From Vicinamibacterales bacterium (GTDB lineage: Bacteria; Acidobacteriota; Vicinamibacteria; Vicinamibacterales; UBA2999), in the NCBI GenBank assembly GCA_038919385.1, contig JBCKZH010000001.1:26192-90191 (forward strand): a DNA stretch of 64,000 bases. The letters run 5' to 3'. Both the position numbers and the translations under genes were made by a program. The notes below the pieces were generated by a model, which saw only the letters and a program-made list of their open reading frames with translations, was not told where the DNA came from and ran no database searches. Below, in pieces: positions 48,133 to 56,249 of the stretch. Positions within the stretch are counted from its first letter, which is position 1, and each line of letters opens with the position of its first letter.

Positions 48133-48206
48133 GGGCTTGCGGTTCTGCGGGCTTGCGGTCGGTCCTGAGGCCATCCAAGCCCTCAAGTCCCCAAGCCCTC
48201 AGGCCC
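48133..48206. repeat. Inverted octamer arrays (GGGCTTGC-type then CCAAGCCC-type)
   Basis: Left: GGGCTTGC GGTTCTGC GGGCTTGC GGTCGGTC. Right: CCAAGCCC TCAAGTCC CCAAGCCC TCAGGCCC. The right array contains the stop codon (48199-48201) of the regulator gene. Confidence 0.85.
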
Positions 48207-48588
48207 TCCGCGTCGCCCTGATGATCGCGTCCATGTGATCGAGGTACTTCTCGAGCGCGCGGCGGCCCGCGGCGGTGAGCTTGTAGCCGGTCCGCGGCGT
48301 CCGTCCTTCGAAACTCTTGCTGCACGCCAGATAGCCGGCGTCTTCGAGTTTCCGGGCATGCACACTGAGATTGCCGTCGGTGGCATTCAACGCCGTTTTC
48401 AGATCCGAGAACGACAGGTCGTCGGCCGCGGCCAGCGCGCTGACAATGCCGAGCCGCATGCGATCGTGCAGCAGCCGGTCGAGCTTGGTCGCAATCCCGC
48501 TGGCATGTGTGGCGGGACGGGCGGCTGCCGGCTTGGCGTGCGCCGGTGCCTCGGTCCTGGGTTTTCGAACTGCGTTGCTATTAGCCAC
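48199..48588 (-). CDS. Winged-helix transcriptional regulator (HTH_34-like)
   Basis: LDRLLHDRMRLGIVSALAAADDLSFSDLKTALNATDGNLSVHARKLEDAGYLACSKSFEGRTPRTGYKLTAAGRRAL. The GTG at 48588 overlaps the upstream stop. Confidence 0.8.
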   Translation of the reverse strand: MANSNAVRKPRTEAPAHAKPAAARPATHASGIATKLDRLLHDRMRLGIVSALAAADDLSFSDLKTALNATDGNLSVHARKLEDAGYLACSKSFEGRTPRTGYKLTAAGRRALEKYLDHMDAIIRATRRA

Positions 48589-49195
48589 CGTGGTTCCTCG
48601 CGATGTAGATGCCGAATCCAATTTGCAGGCCGCCAAATCCCAAGGCGAGCCAGAGGTTGCCCCAATCGGGCGGGGTCAGGATGGCGAGCACCCCAAGCCC
48701 CATGAACAGCACGCCGACCAGCCGGACGACGCGGACGCTGACGATGCCGCCGGTGAGCAGGCCCGCGCCGTAGAGCAGCAGCCAGGACGGTGCCATCACC
48801 GTGAAGGTGCTCACGGCCCAGAGTCCGTAAGTAATGGCGGCGCCCGCGACAAACGGTGCGGCCAGCCCCGCCGCGAACCGGCGCGCGTTGGCCCCGGTAA
48901 GAGTGGCACCCGCCAGCCGCGCTTTGCGCGCCATGGCAGTGAGGCCCACCGTTGACGCGAGCGCCGCCGCGGCGATCCAGGTGAGCAGCCAGCGATCGCC
49001 GGTCGGCTGCCACGAGCCGACCAGGGCCGCCACCAGCGCGATGCCCCCCATCACGCAGCCGCCCACGCCGGGCACCGCCGTGAAGGTGGCGCTGCGCTCC
49101 ATGGCCTGGCGGATGAACACCAGATTGTCTTGGGCGTGGTCGCTGAGCGCCGGGGGAGGCGGCAGCGCGCGCACGGGTTGGGACATGCCGGACAT
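48581..49195 (-). CDS. Integral membrane protein, unknown function
   Basis: 204 aa, 5-6 predicted hydrophobic helices, co-oriented with and overlapping the regulator gene. Confidence 0.7.
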   Translation of the reverse strand: MSGMSQPVRALPPPPALSDHAQDNLVFIRQAMERSATFTAVPGVGGCVMGGIALVAALVGSWQPTGDRWLLTWIAAAALASTVGLTAMARKARLAGATLTGANARRFAAGLAAPFVAGAAITYGLWAVSTFTVMAPSWLLLYGAGLLTGGIVSVRVVRLVGVLFMGLGVLAILTPPDWGNLWLALGFGGLQIGFGIYIARNHGG

Positions 49196-49255
49196 CCTAT
49201 CGCGGGAAGATGTTTACGTCAAAGAACTTTACAGAATAAAGATCGATCATGACGA

Positions 49256-49309
49256 GAGGGAACCACTGGTCGGGAGGGAACTGCTGGTCGGGAGGGAACT
49301 ACTGGTCGG
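49256..49309. repeat. 18-mer tandem array x3 (GAGGGAACnnCTGGTCGG)
   Basis: Units at 49256-49273, 49274-49291 and 49292-49309. Confidence 0.95.
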
Positions 49310-49466
49310 GAATGGTGGCTCGCCATTGCAACAGCGGTTGCCACAGCCGCAACTTGAGTTGCCGGGAGAGACCACGGAACCCGCAACCGGTGTTGTCTCT
49401 CGATTGAGGGCGTCGTGACTGTTCTCTGGCAGATGTCATTGGCACGACTCCTGCTCGGTCCAGAGC

Positions 49467-49829
49467 ATGGGGGCGATCACTTCGTATCGGGATCTGGACG
49501 TGTGGCAGATCTCCATGAAACTTGCCGAACAGATACTGGCGGATATCCGCGAGCTGCCGCGAACCGAATTCGACTTGCGTCGCCAGATCTCCAGAGCAGC
49601 GGTCTCTATCCCGGCCAACGTGGCGGAGGGCTGGCGACGCAAGGGCCGGAGGCAGGCGTACCAGAACCACGTTTCGATCGCCATGGGCTCTCATGGCGAG
49701 TTGGCTACTGAGCTGGAGATCTGCTTCCGGACCGGGCTCTTGCGACGGGAAAAATGTCTCGTCGCTCTGGAACTGATCGGACGGGTAGGGCCCATGCTGG
49801 ACCGACTGTACGATGCTCTCGATTGTTGA
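49467..49829 (+). CDS. Four-helix-bundle protein (23S rRNA intervening-sequence protein family)
   Basis: 120 aa. YRDLDVWQISMKLAEQI, RQISRAAVSIPANVAEGWRR, AMGSHGELATELEI - signature of the TIGR02436/PF05635 family as recalled. Confidence 0.85.
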   Translation: MGAITSYRDLDVWQISMKLAEQILADIRELPRTEFDLRRQISRAAVSIPANVAEGWRRKGRRQAYQNHVSIAMGSHGELATELEICFRTGLLRREKCLVALELIGRVGPMLDRLYDALDC

Positions 49830-49857
49830 CGATCAACGTCCGAACACGGGTTTCGTC

Positions 49858-49929
49858 CCGACAAGAATTCTCCTCCCGACGAGCACTTCCCTCCCGACTG
49901 GTAGTTCCCTCCCGACTGGTAGTGCTCCC
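49858..49929. repeat. 18-mer tandem array x4, inverse orientation of the 49256 array
   Basis: Units CCGACAAGAATTCTCCTC, CCGACGAGCACTTCCCTC, CCGACTGGTAGTTCCCTC, CCGACTGGTAGTGCTCCC. Confidence 0.95.
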
Positions 49930-50031
49930 CTTTGTTGTATACTGTCCTCCTCATGTTCGTTTCCTCAATGCGAAAGCGCACCGGTGCTAAGCGGGCCACA
50001 ACTGGCGCGGGGGGCGGACGCTCGAACGAAG

Positions 50032-50091
50032 GGTTCTGAACGGTTCAGAGAGGTTCTGAAAGGTTCGGAAGGGTTCAACAAGGTTCGTCAG
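50032..50091. repeat. Six GGTTC motifs at exact 10-nt phasing
   Basis: GGTTCTGAAC GGTTCAGAGA GGTTCTGAAA GGTTCGGAAG GGTTCAACAA GGTTCGTCAG. Confidence 0.95.
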
Positions 50092-50093
50092 CC

Positions 50094-50132
50094 ACCCGCC
50101 GCGGTCACACCGCCGGCGGGTTTTGTTTTTTT
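50094..50132 (+). terminator. Rho-independent terminator / candidate attenuator 33 nt upstream of asd
   Basis: Stem ACCCGCCGCGG (50094-50104) / CCGCCGGCGGGT (50110-50121, one bulge), loop TCACA, tail TTTTGTTTTTTT. Confidence 0.75.
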
Positions 50133-50167
50133 CAGGGTAGTCAGAAACTAGCGATCAGGGGACCGTG

Positions 50168-51205
50168 ATGAGCGAGATCGAAGTGGGCGTCTTGGGCGCG
50201 ACCGGGGTGGTCGGGCAGCAGTTCGTGTCGCGGCTGGCGCGGCACCCGTGGTTCCGGCTGACCTGGCTGGCCGCCAGCGAGCGCTCCGAAGGCAAGGCCT
50301 ACAAGGCGGTCGCACCCTGGCGCCTGGCCACGCCCATGCCGGCGGAATCCGCCGATCGCATCGTCAATGGGTGCGTGCCGGGCCGCGGGCCCAAGGTCGT
50401 GTTCTCGGGGCTTGATGCCTCCGTCGCCGGCGACATCGAAGGTGCGTTTGCCGCCGCCGGCCACATCGTGGTCAGCAACGCGCGCAACTTCCGCATGGAT
50501 CCGCTCGTGCCCCTGCTGATCCCCGAGGTCAACGCCGACCACCTGTCGCTCTTGACCGAGCAGCGCGCCTCGAAGGGCTGGCCCGGCGCCATCGTCACCA
50601 ACCCCAACTGCTCGACGGTGGTGCTGGCCATGGCCCTGGCCCCGTTGCGCCAGTTCGGCATCCGCTCGGTGATCGTCTCGACCATGCAAGCGGTATCGGG
50701 CGCGGGCTATCCCGGCGTGCCGTCGCTCGACATTCTCGGCAACGTCGTGCCGTTCATTGGTGGCGAAGAAGAAAAGATGGAGACCGAGACGCTCAAGATT
50801 CTCGGGACCGATGGTGGCCGCTCGCCGTACGTGGCGGCGATCAGCGCGCATACCAATCGTGTGCCGGTAATCGACGGGCACATCATGACCGTGTCGGTAG
50901 CCTTCCAGAACCAGCCAGCCATCGCCGGCATCGCCCACGCCATTCGCACGTTTGCCGGGCGGCCGCAGGAACTGAAGCTGCCCACAGCGCCGCAGCCGGC
51001 ACTGATCCTGATGGACGAGCCCAATCGCCCGCAGCCACGGCTCGACGCCGACCTGGGCGGCGGCATGGCGGTGGCCATTGGCCGCCTGCGCGCGTGCCCG
51101 GTGATGCATGTGAAGTTCGTCGCGCTGGGTCACAATACGGTGCGCGGCGCCGCCGGCGCGGCGATTCTGAACGCCGAGCTGATGCAAGCCGAGGGATGGC
51201 TGTGA
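50168..51205 (+). CDS. asd: Aspartate-semialdehyde dehydrogenase
   Basis: VGVLGATGVVGQQF, TNPNCSTVVLAMAL (active-site Cys), STMQAVSGAG, HTNRVPVIDGH. SD AGGGGA upstream. Confidence 0.95.
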   Translation: MSEIEVGVLGATGVVGQQFVSRLARHPWFRLTWLAASERSEGKAYKAVAPWRLATPMPAESADRIVNGCVPGRGPKVVFSGLDASVAGDIEGAFAAAGHIVVSNARNFRMDPLVPLLIPEVNADHLSLLTEQRASKGWPGAIVTNPNCSTVVLAMALAPLRQFGIRSVIVSTMQAVSGAGYPGVPSLDILGNVVPFIGGEEEKMETETLKILGTDGGRSPYVAAISAHTNRVPVIDGHIMTVSVAFQNQPAIAGIAHAIRTFAGRPQELKLPTAPQPALILMDEPNRPQPRLDADLGGGMAVAIGRLRACPVMHVKFVALGHNTVRGAAGAAILNAELMQAEGWL

Positions 51206-51209
51206 TGAT

Positions 51210-51237
51210 GCAAGCCGCAAGCCGCAAGCCGCAAGCC
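51210..51237. repeat. Heptamer tandem repeat (GCAAGCC x4) filling the asd-lysC spacer
   Basis: Read directly. Followed by GAG, so the array ends GCAAGCCGAG, duplicating the asd 3' coding string ATGCAAGCCGAG at 51182-51193. Confidence 0.95.
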
Positions 51238-51247
51238 GAGATCTGAG

Positions 51248-52642
51248 ATGAAGGTGATGAAATTCGGCGGCACGTCGGTGGCCGATCGCGCGGCGATTGA
51301 GCGGCTGATCGCGCTGGTGCGCGCGGAGCGGCAGGCCGAGGCGCAGAAACAAGGCGGCGACGCGCGCGGACCGGTGGTGGTGGTGTCGGCGCTGTCGGGC
51401 GTCACCGATCGCCTGCTCGGTGTGGCAGCGCTGGCCGGATCCGGCGACGTCGAGGGCGCGCGAACGAGCCTGCAGGACCTGCGCCAGCGTCACATCACAG
51501 TGTCGGAAGTGATCACCGACGCCGCGCTTCGTGCCCCGGTGGTCGAAGCACTCAATCGCGAGTTCGACGACCTGGAGCGCGTGGTGCATGCGCTGGCGGT
51601 GCTGCAGGAAGTCTCTCCGCGTTGGCTCGACACGCTGGCGGCGACCGGCGAAGTACTGAGCAGCCAGATCGTCGCGGCCGCGCTCACCGCGCACAAGCTG
51701 CAGGGCGCCTGGGTCGACGCGCGCAAGGCGGTGGTCACTGACGGCGAGCACACCGCCGCCGCGCCGCTGTTCCAGGAAACCACCGCGGCGCTCATGATCC
51801 ATGCCGATCCGCCCCTGGCCGCCGGCCGCATCCCGGTGCTCGGCGGCTTCGTGGGCGCCACCATCGGCGGCGTCACCACCACGCTCGGCCGCGGCGGCTC
51901 GGACTTCTCGGCGGCCATTGTCGGCGCCTGCCTCGGCGCCGACGAGATTCAGATCTGGACCGACGTCGACGGCATGCTGACCGCGGATCCGCGGATCGTG
52001 AAGTCGCCGCAGGTCGTGCCCCATCTATCGTTCGCCGAAGCCTCGGAGCTCGCCTACTTCGGCGCGAAGGTGTTGCACCCGGCGACCATCCAGCCGGCGG
52101 TGGCCCGGAATATCCCGGTTCGCATCCTGAACTCGCGGCGCGCGCAGGCGCGCGGCACGCTGATTACCGCCGAGCGGCCGCGCGGCGAACGGCCGCTCAC
52201 GGCCGTGGCGTCGAAGAGGGGCGTCACCGTTGTCGATATCACGTCGACGCGCATGTTGATGGCTCATGGATTCTTGCGCCGGCTGTTCGAGGTGTTCGAA
52301 CGTCACAAGACGGCGGTGGACGTGGTGACCACCTCGGAAGTCAGCGTCTCGGTGACCATTGACGATGCGCGCCGGCTCCCGGCGATCATCGAAGACCTGT
52401 CGGGCTTTGCCGACGTGGTGCGTCAGGACGAGATGGCGATCATCTGCGTGGTGGGCGATGGCCTGCACGAAGATCCGACATTGGCGTCACAGGTGCTCGC
52501 CTCCGTTGGTGATGTACCGCTCCGCATGGTGTCGCAGGCGGCGTCGCGACGGAACATCACGTTTGTCATCAGCGAAGCGGAATTGCCGACGGCGCTCGGC
52601 CGTCTGCACGACCGGTTTTTCGCCAGCGTGAGTGCTGCCTGA
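51248..52642 (+). CDS. lysC: Aspartate kinase
   Basis: MKVMKFGGTSVAD, TTLGRGGSDFSAA, IQIWTDVDGMLTADPRIV, ASELAYFGAKVLHP. C-terminal ACT domains. Confidence 0.95.
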   Translation: MKVMKFGGTSVADRAAIERLIALVRAERQAEAQKQGGDARGPVVVVSALSGVTDRLLGVAALAGSGDVEGARTSLQDLRQRHITVSEVITDAALRAPVVEALNREFDDLERVVHALAVLQEVSPRWLDTLAATGEVLSSQIVAAALTAHKLQGAWVDARKAVVTDGEHTAAAPLFQETTAALMIHADPPLAAGRIPVLGGFVGATIGGVTTTLGRGGSDFSAAIVGACLGADEIQIWTDVDGMLTADPRIVKSPQVVPHLSFAEASELAYFGAKVLHPATIQPAVARNIPVRILNSRRAQARGTLITAERPRGERPLTAVASKRGVTVVDITSTRMLMAHGFLRRLFEVFERHKTAVDVVTTSEVSVSVTIDDARRLPAIIEDLSGFADVVRQDEMAIICVVGDGLHEDPTLASQVLASVGDVPLRMVSQAASRRNITFVISEAELPTALGRLHDRFFASVSAA

Positions 52643-53376
52643 TGCGCGTTCTCTTGCTCGGCCACGGCCGCATGGGACAGTTGGTGGAATCGCTCGCCCC
52701 CTCGTACGGTGCGACCATTGCCGGCGTGATCGACGACCGCTCCGGCGCGCGCGCGATTGTCGAAGGCACGTTCGGTGACGTCGATGTGGCCATCGACTTC
52801 ACGCTGGCTGACGCGGTGGTGAAGAACCTGCCGCAACTGGCCGCCCGCAAGATCAACGTGGTGATTGGCACGACCGGGTGGCAGGCGCACGACGCCGCCA
52901 TGCGAGAGGTGGCGGCGAACGCCGGCATCGGCGTACTGGCGGCGTCGAACTTTTCCCTTGGTATGAACGTGTTCCAGATGGCGGTGGAAGAGGCGAGCCG
53001 CCGCTTCGCCAACCACGCGGAGTTCGGCGCCTGGATCCACGAGGCGCATCACACCATGAAGAAAGACGCGCCCTCTGGCACGGCCCTCATGCTGAAGGCG
53101 GGCATGGAGGGCGCTGGCTACCTCCGACCGATCGACGTGTCGTCCACCCGCGTCGGCTCGGTGCCGGGCACGCACACCGTCGGCTTCGATGGGCCATCGG
53201 AAACAATCGAATTGACGCATACGGTCCGCGACCGCGCGGTATTCGCCCGCGGTGCGCTCACGGCTGCGGCGTGGTTAGTCGGCAAGCGCGGCTGGTTCTC
53301 CATTCGCGATCTGTTGGTCGAGCCGACGGGGTCCGGGGTCCGGGATCCGGGATCCGAAAGCAGGGAAGGACGATGA
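52642..53376 (+). CDS. dapB: 4-hydroxy-tetrahydrodipicolinate reductase
   Basis: MRVLLLGHGRMG, IGTTGW, EAHHTMKKDAPSGTAL, HTVRDRAVFARGAL. The stop/start overlaps lysC. Confidence 0.93.
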   Translation: MRVLLLGHGRMGQLVESLAPSYGATIAGVIDDRSGARAIVEGTFGDVDVAIDFTLADAVVKNLPQLAARKINVVIGTTGWQAHDAAMREVAANAGIGVLAASNFSLGMNVFQMAVEEASRRFANHAEFGAWIHEAHHTMKKDAPSGTALMLKAGMEGAGYLRPIDVSSTRVGSVPGTHTVGFDGPSETIELTHTVRDRAVFARGALTAAAWLVGKRGWFSIRDLLVEPTGSGVRDPGSESREGR

Positions 53377-54266
53377 GACGAGAATTTACGGGAGTGGGCA
53401 CGGCGCTCGTGACGCCGTTCACGAAGAGCGGCGCGCTGGACGAGTCCGCCATCAAACGGTTGGCGCGGCGGCAGATCGATGCCGGCGTGCACTTCCTGGT
53501 GCCGTGCGGCACGACCGGCGAGACGCCGACCCTGTCGGGCGCCGAGCGGCGACGCGTGGTGGAGCTCACCCTGGAAGCCGCCAACGGCCAAGTGCCGGTC
53601 ATGGCCGGCGCCGGCGGCAACGACACCAAAGAGGCGGTTGCGCTCTCCAAGGAGATGCAGAGCATCGGCGTCCAGGGACTGCTGTCGGTCACGCCCTATT
53701 ACAACAAGCCGACGCCCGAAGGGTTGTTCGCACACTTCTCGGCCGTGGCCGAGGCGACCCCGCTCCCGATCGTGCTCTACAACGTTCCCGGACGAACTGG
53801 GTGCAACATCGACGCCGGCACCCTCGCGCGGCTGGCCACGATCCCTCACGTTGTCGGCGTGAAAGAAGCGTCGGGCAACATTACCCAGATGGTTGAAATC
53901 TGCCGCGCGGTTCCGGACGACTTCCTGGTGCTGTCAGGAGACGATGCGCTGACGCTGCCGTTGATGGCGATCGGTGGCCGCGGGTTGATCTCGGTCGCGT
54001 CGAATGCGATTCCCGCCGAGATGTCGCAACTGGTCGAAGCCGCCGAACGCGGCGACTACGCTACCGCCCGTCGCTTGCACCAGCGGCTGGTGCCAATCAT
54101 GCTCGGCAACTTTATCGAGTCGAATCCCGGCCCGGTGAAATACGCGATGGCGGTCATGGGCCTGTGTGAAGAGGTCTATCGCCTGCCGATGGTGTCGCCG
54201 CGCCAGGCGTCGAAAGAGAAGATGATTGGCTTCCTGAAAGAGCTGGGACTCTCCACCGGCATATGA
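53373..54266 (+). CDS. dapA: 4-hydroxy-tetrahydrodipicolinate synthase
   Basis: GVGTALVTPF, VPCGTTGETPTLS, LYNVPGRTG, VGVKEASGN. ATGA overlap with dapB. Confidence 0.95.
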   Translation: MRREFTGVGTALVTPFTKSGALDESAIKRLARRQIDAGVHFLVPCGTTGETPTLSGAERRRVVELTLEAANGQVPVMAGAGGNDTKEAVALSKEMQSIGVQGLLSVTPYYNKPTPEGLFAHFSAVAEATPLPIVLYNVPGRTGCNIDAGTLARLATIPHVVGVKEASGNITQMVEICRAVPDDFLVLSGDDALTLPLMAIGGRGLISVASNAIPAEMSQLVEAAERGDYATARRLHQRLVPIMLGNFIESNPGPVKYAMAVMGLCEEVYRLPMVSPRQASKEKMIGFLKELGLSTGI

Positions 54267-55096
54267 CACTCAAAGAGAACATTGAATCGCTGGTGGCTGC
54301 CGGGTCGGGCGCCAACAAGGCGGCTGCCCGCGCGGCGTTCGACGAACTGAAGGCCGCGCTCGAGGCCGGGACCGTACGCTCGGCGCAGCCCGACTACTCG
54401 ACACCGTCCGGCTGGCGCGTGAACACGTGGGTGAAGCAGGGCATCCTGCTTGGCTTTCGCTTTGGCGATCTGGTCGAGATGTCGGCCGGGTTGCCGTTCT
54501 ATGACAAGGACACGCAGACCGTGCAGCGTCCCGGCGTGGCCGCGGGAGTTCGCATCGTCCCCGGCGGGTCCGCGATCCGCGGCGGCGCGTTCGTCGCCCG
54601 CGGCGTGATTTGCATCCCGCCGATGTACATCAACATCGGCGCGTATGTCGGCGAAGGCACGCTGGTGGATTCGCACGCTTTGATCGGCTCGTGCGCGCAG
54701 ATTGGCGCTCGGGTGCACGTGAGCGCGGCTGCCCAGATCGGCGGCGTGCTCGAACCCGTGGGCGCGCTCCCGGTGATCGTCGAAGACGATGTGCTCGTCG
54801 GGGGCAACACCGGCATCTACGAAGGGGCCGTCATTAAACAGCGTGCGGTAATTGCAGCCGGCACGGTGCTCACTGGATCAACGCCGGTCTACGATCTGGT
54901 CAACGGCACCATCATCAAGCCGTCTCCGGGACATCCGCTGGTGATTCCTGAAGGCGCGGTCGTGGTGCCCGGCGCGCGCGCCGTCACCGTGGGCGCCGGC
55001 AAGGACTGGGGTCTGTCGCTGGCCACGCCCGTGATCGTCAAATATCGCGACGACAAGACCGACGCGAGAACGGAACTCGAACAGTGGATTCGGTAG
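54263..55096 (+). CDS. dapD: 2,3,4,5-tetrahydropyridine-2,6-dicarboxylate N-succinyltransferase
   Basis: 277 aa. WRVNTWVKQGILLGFR and hexapeptide-repeat region (GAYVGEGTLVDSHALIGSCAQIGARVHVSAAAQIGGVLEP). Confidence 0.9.
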   Translation: MTLKENIESLVAAGSGANKAAARAAFDELKAALEAGTVRSAQPDYSTPSGWRVNTWVKQGILLGFRFGDLVEMSAGLPFYDKDTQTVQRPGVAAGVRIVPGGSAIRGGAFVARGVICIPPMYINIGAYVGEGTLVDSHALIGSCAQIGARVHVSAAAQIGGVLEPVGALPVIVEDDVLVGGNTGIYEGAVIKQRAVIAAGTVLTGSTPVYDLVNGTIIKPSPGHPLVIPEGAVVVPGARAVTVGAGKDWGLSLATPVIVKYRDDKTDARTELEQWIR

Positions 55097-56103
55097 ACCA
55101 CCTGTCGCTGGCGCGACAACTGATCGACATCGATTCGACGACGGGTCAGGAAGGCCAGGTCGCTCGTGTGCTTGCGGAGTACCTGCGAGGCCGCGGCTAC
55201 TCGGTGCTCGAGCAGCCCCTCGACAACGACCGCACCAACGTGATCGCCGCCGTCGGCGAACCAGAGGTCGTCTTCTCCACTCACTTCGATTGCGTGCCGC
55301 CGTTCTTTCCCAGCCGCATCGAAGGCGGCCTGCTCTACGGACGCGGCGCCTGTGATGCCAAGGGCATTCTGGCTACCCAGATCGCGGCTGCCGAGCGGTT
55401 GCGAGCGAATGGGGAGACCCGCGTGGGCCTGGTGTTCGTGGCCGGCGAGGAGCGGGGCAGTGACGGCGCCAAGGCGGCGAACAGGATCGCCTCGCAGGCG
55501 CGCTATCTGATCAACGGCGAGCCGACCGACCTGCGGCTGGGCTCGGCGACACGGGGCTGCTTCCGTGTCCGCTTGACGGCCGACGGCAAGGCCGCGCACT
55601 CGGGCTATCCCGAACTCGGTGAGTCGGCGATCGAGAAGTTGATGGACGGCCTGCTGTCGCTGCGCACGGCGGCGTGGCCGTCCGATCCGCTGCTGGGTAC
55701 CACGCACTACACCGTGGGACTGATCAGCGGGGGCGTCGCGCCCAATGTCATTCCGCCCCAGGCGGAAGCCGAAGTGTTCTTTCGGACGGTTGGCGATCAC
55801 GACGCAATTCGGGCGACGCTGGCGGCTGCGCTCGCGAATCGCGTGAAGGTGGAAGAGATTCTCGAACTACCCGCGGTCCGATTACACACCGTCGCCGGTT
55901 TCGAAACCGCCGTGTTTTCGTACGTCAGCGACGTGCCGTTCCTGTCGAACTGGGGGACGCCACTGCTGCTTGGGCCAGGGTCCATCCACGTCGCGCACAC
56001 CGACCGTGAGCACGTGGCCCTCGCCGAACTGGATCAGGCAGTCGAGGTCTATGCGCGCTTGGCAACTGTCCTGCTCGCCGCACTGTCCTGCTCGCCGCCG
56101 TGA
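55084..56103 (+). CDS. dapE: M20-family deacylase, likely succinyl-diaminopimelate desuccinylase (by operon context)
   Basis: LIDIDSTTGQEG, FSTHFDCVP, GRGACDAKG, AGEERGSDGA, AAHSGYPELGESAI. The symbol rests on position after dapD; ArgE-like is also possible. Confidence 0.65.
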   Translation: MDSVDHLSLARQLIDIDSTTGQEGQVARVLAEYLRGRGYSVLEQPLDNDRTNVIAAVGEPEVVFSTHFDCVPPFFPSRIEGGLLYGRGACDAKGILATQIAAAERLRANGETRVGLVFVAGEERGSDGAKAANRIASQARYLINGEPTDLRLGSATRGCFRVRLTADGKAAHSGYPELGESAIEKLMDGLLSLRTAAWPSDPLLGTTHYTVGLISGGVAPNVIPPQAEAEVFFRTVGDHDAIRATLAAALANRVKVEEILELPAVRLHTVAGFETAVFSYVSDVPFLSNWGTPLLLGPGSIHVAHTDREHVALAELDQAVEVYARLATVLLAALSCSPP

Positions 56104-56129
56104 CGCCCTGAACCGTCCGGTGCTACACT

Positions 56130-56246
56130 GAGGGTTCGGTCCGGAACCTCGGCAATCTCAGGGCGGCGAATCGCGTCAGGGCCGGAAGGCAGCAGCGCTA
56201 AGTCGTTTCCGTGATGTGTTGAGGATCTCCGGGCCGAGTTTCCCTG
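56130..56246 (+). ncRNA. ffs: Signal recognition particle RNA (small/4.5S type)
   Basis: Conserved domain IV string GUCAGGGCCGGAAGGCAGCAGC with GGAA tetraloop. Flanks pair as a long imperfect helix (GGAACCUCGGCAAUCUCAGGG... with ...CCGUGAUGUGUUGAGGAUCUCC). Classic position immediately 5' of dnaX. Ends are approximate. Confidence 0.7.
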
Positions 56247-56249
56247 CCC

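Noticed and set aside
49256-49929. Possible CRISPR array (regular 18-nt repeats)
   Set aside because: The repeats are contiguous with no spacers and are only 18 nt long. The two arrays are in opposite orientation around a gene. No cas genes were seen.
49930-50093. Lysine (L-box) riboswitch upstream of asd/lysC
   Set aside because: I could not find the conserved L-box strings (AGAGGnGC ... GCCGAAG ... CUGG ... UGUCA) or its five-helix layout. The region is instead dominated by the GGTTC array.
50141-52024. 627-aa minus-strand ORF across asd and lysC
   Set aside because: Antisense to two unmistakable genes (asd, lysC). The sequence is Arg/Gly/His-rich and low complexity.
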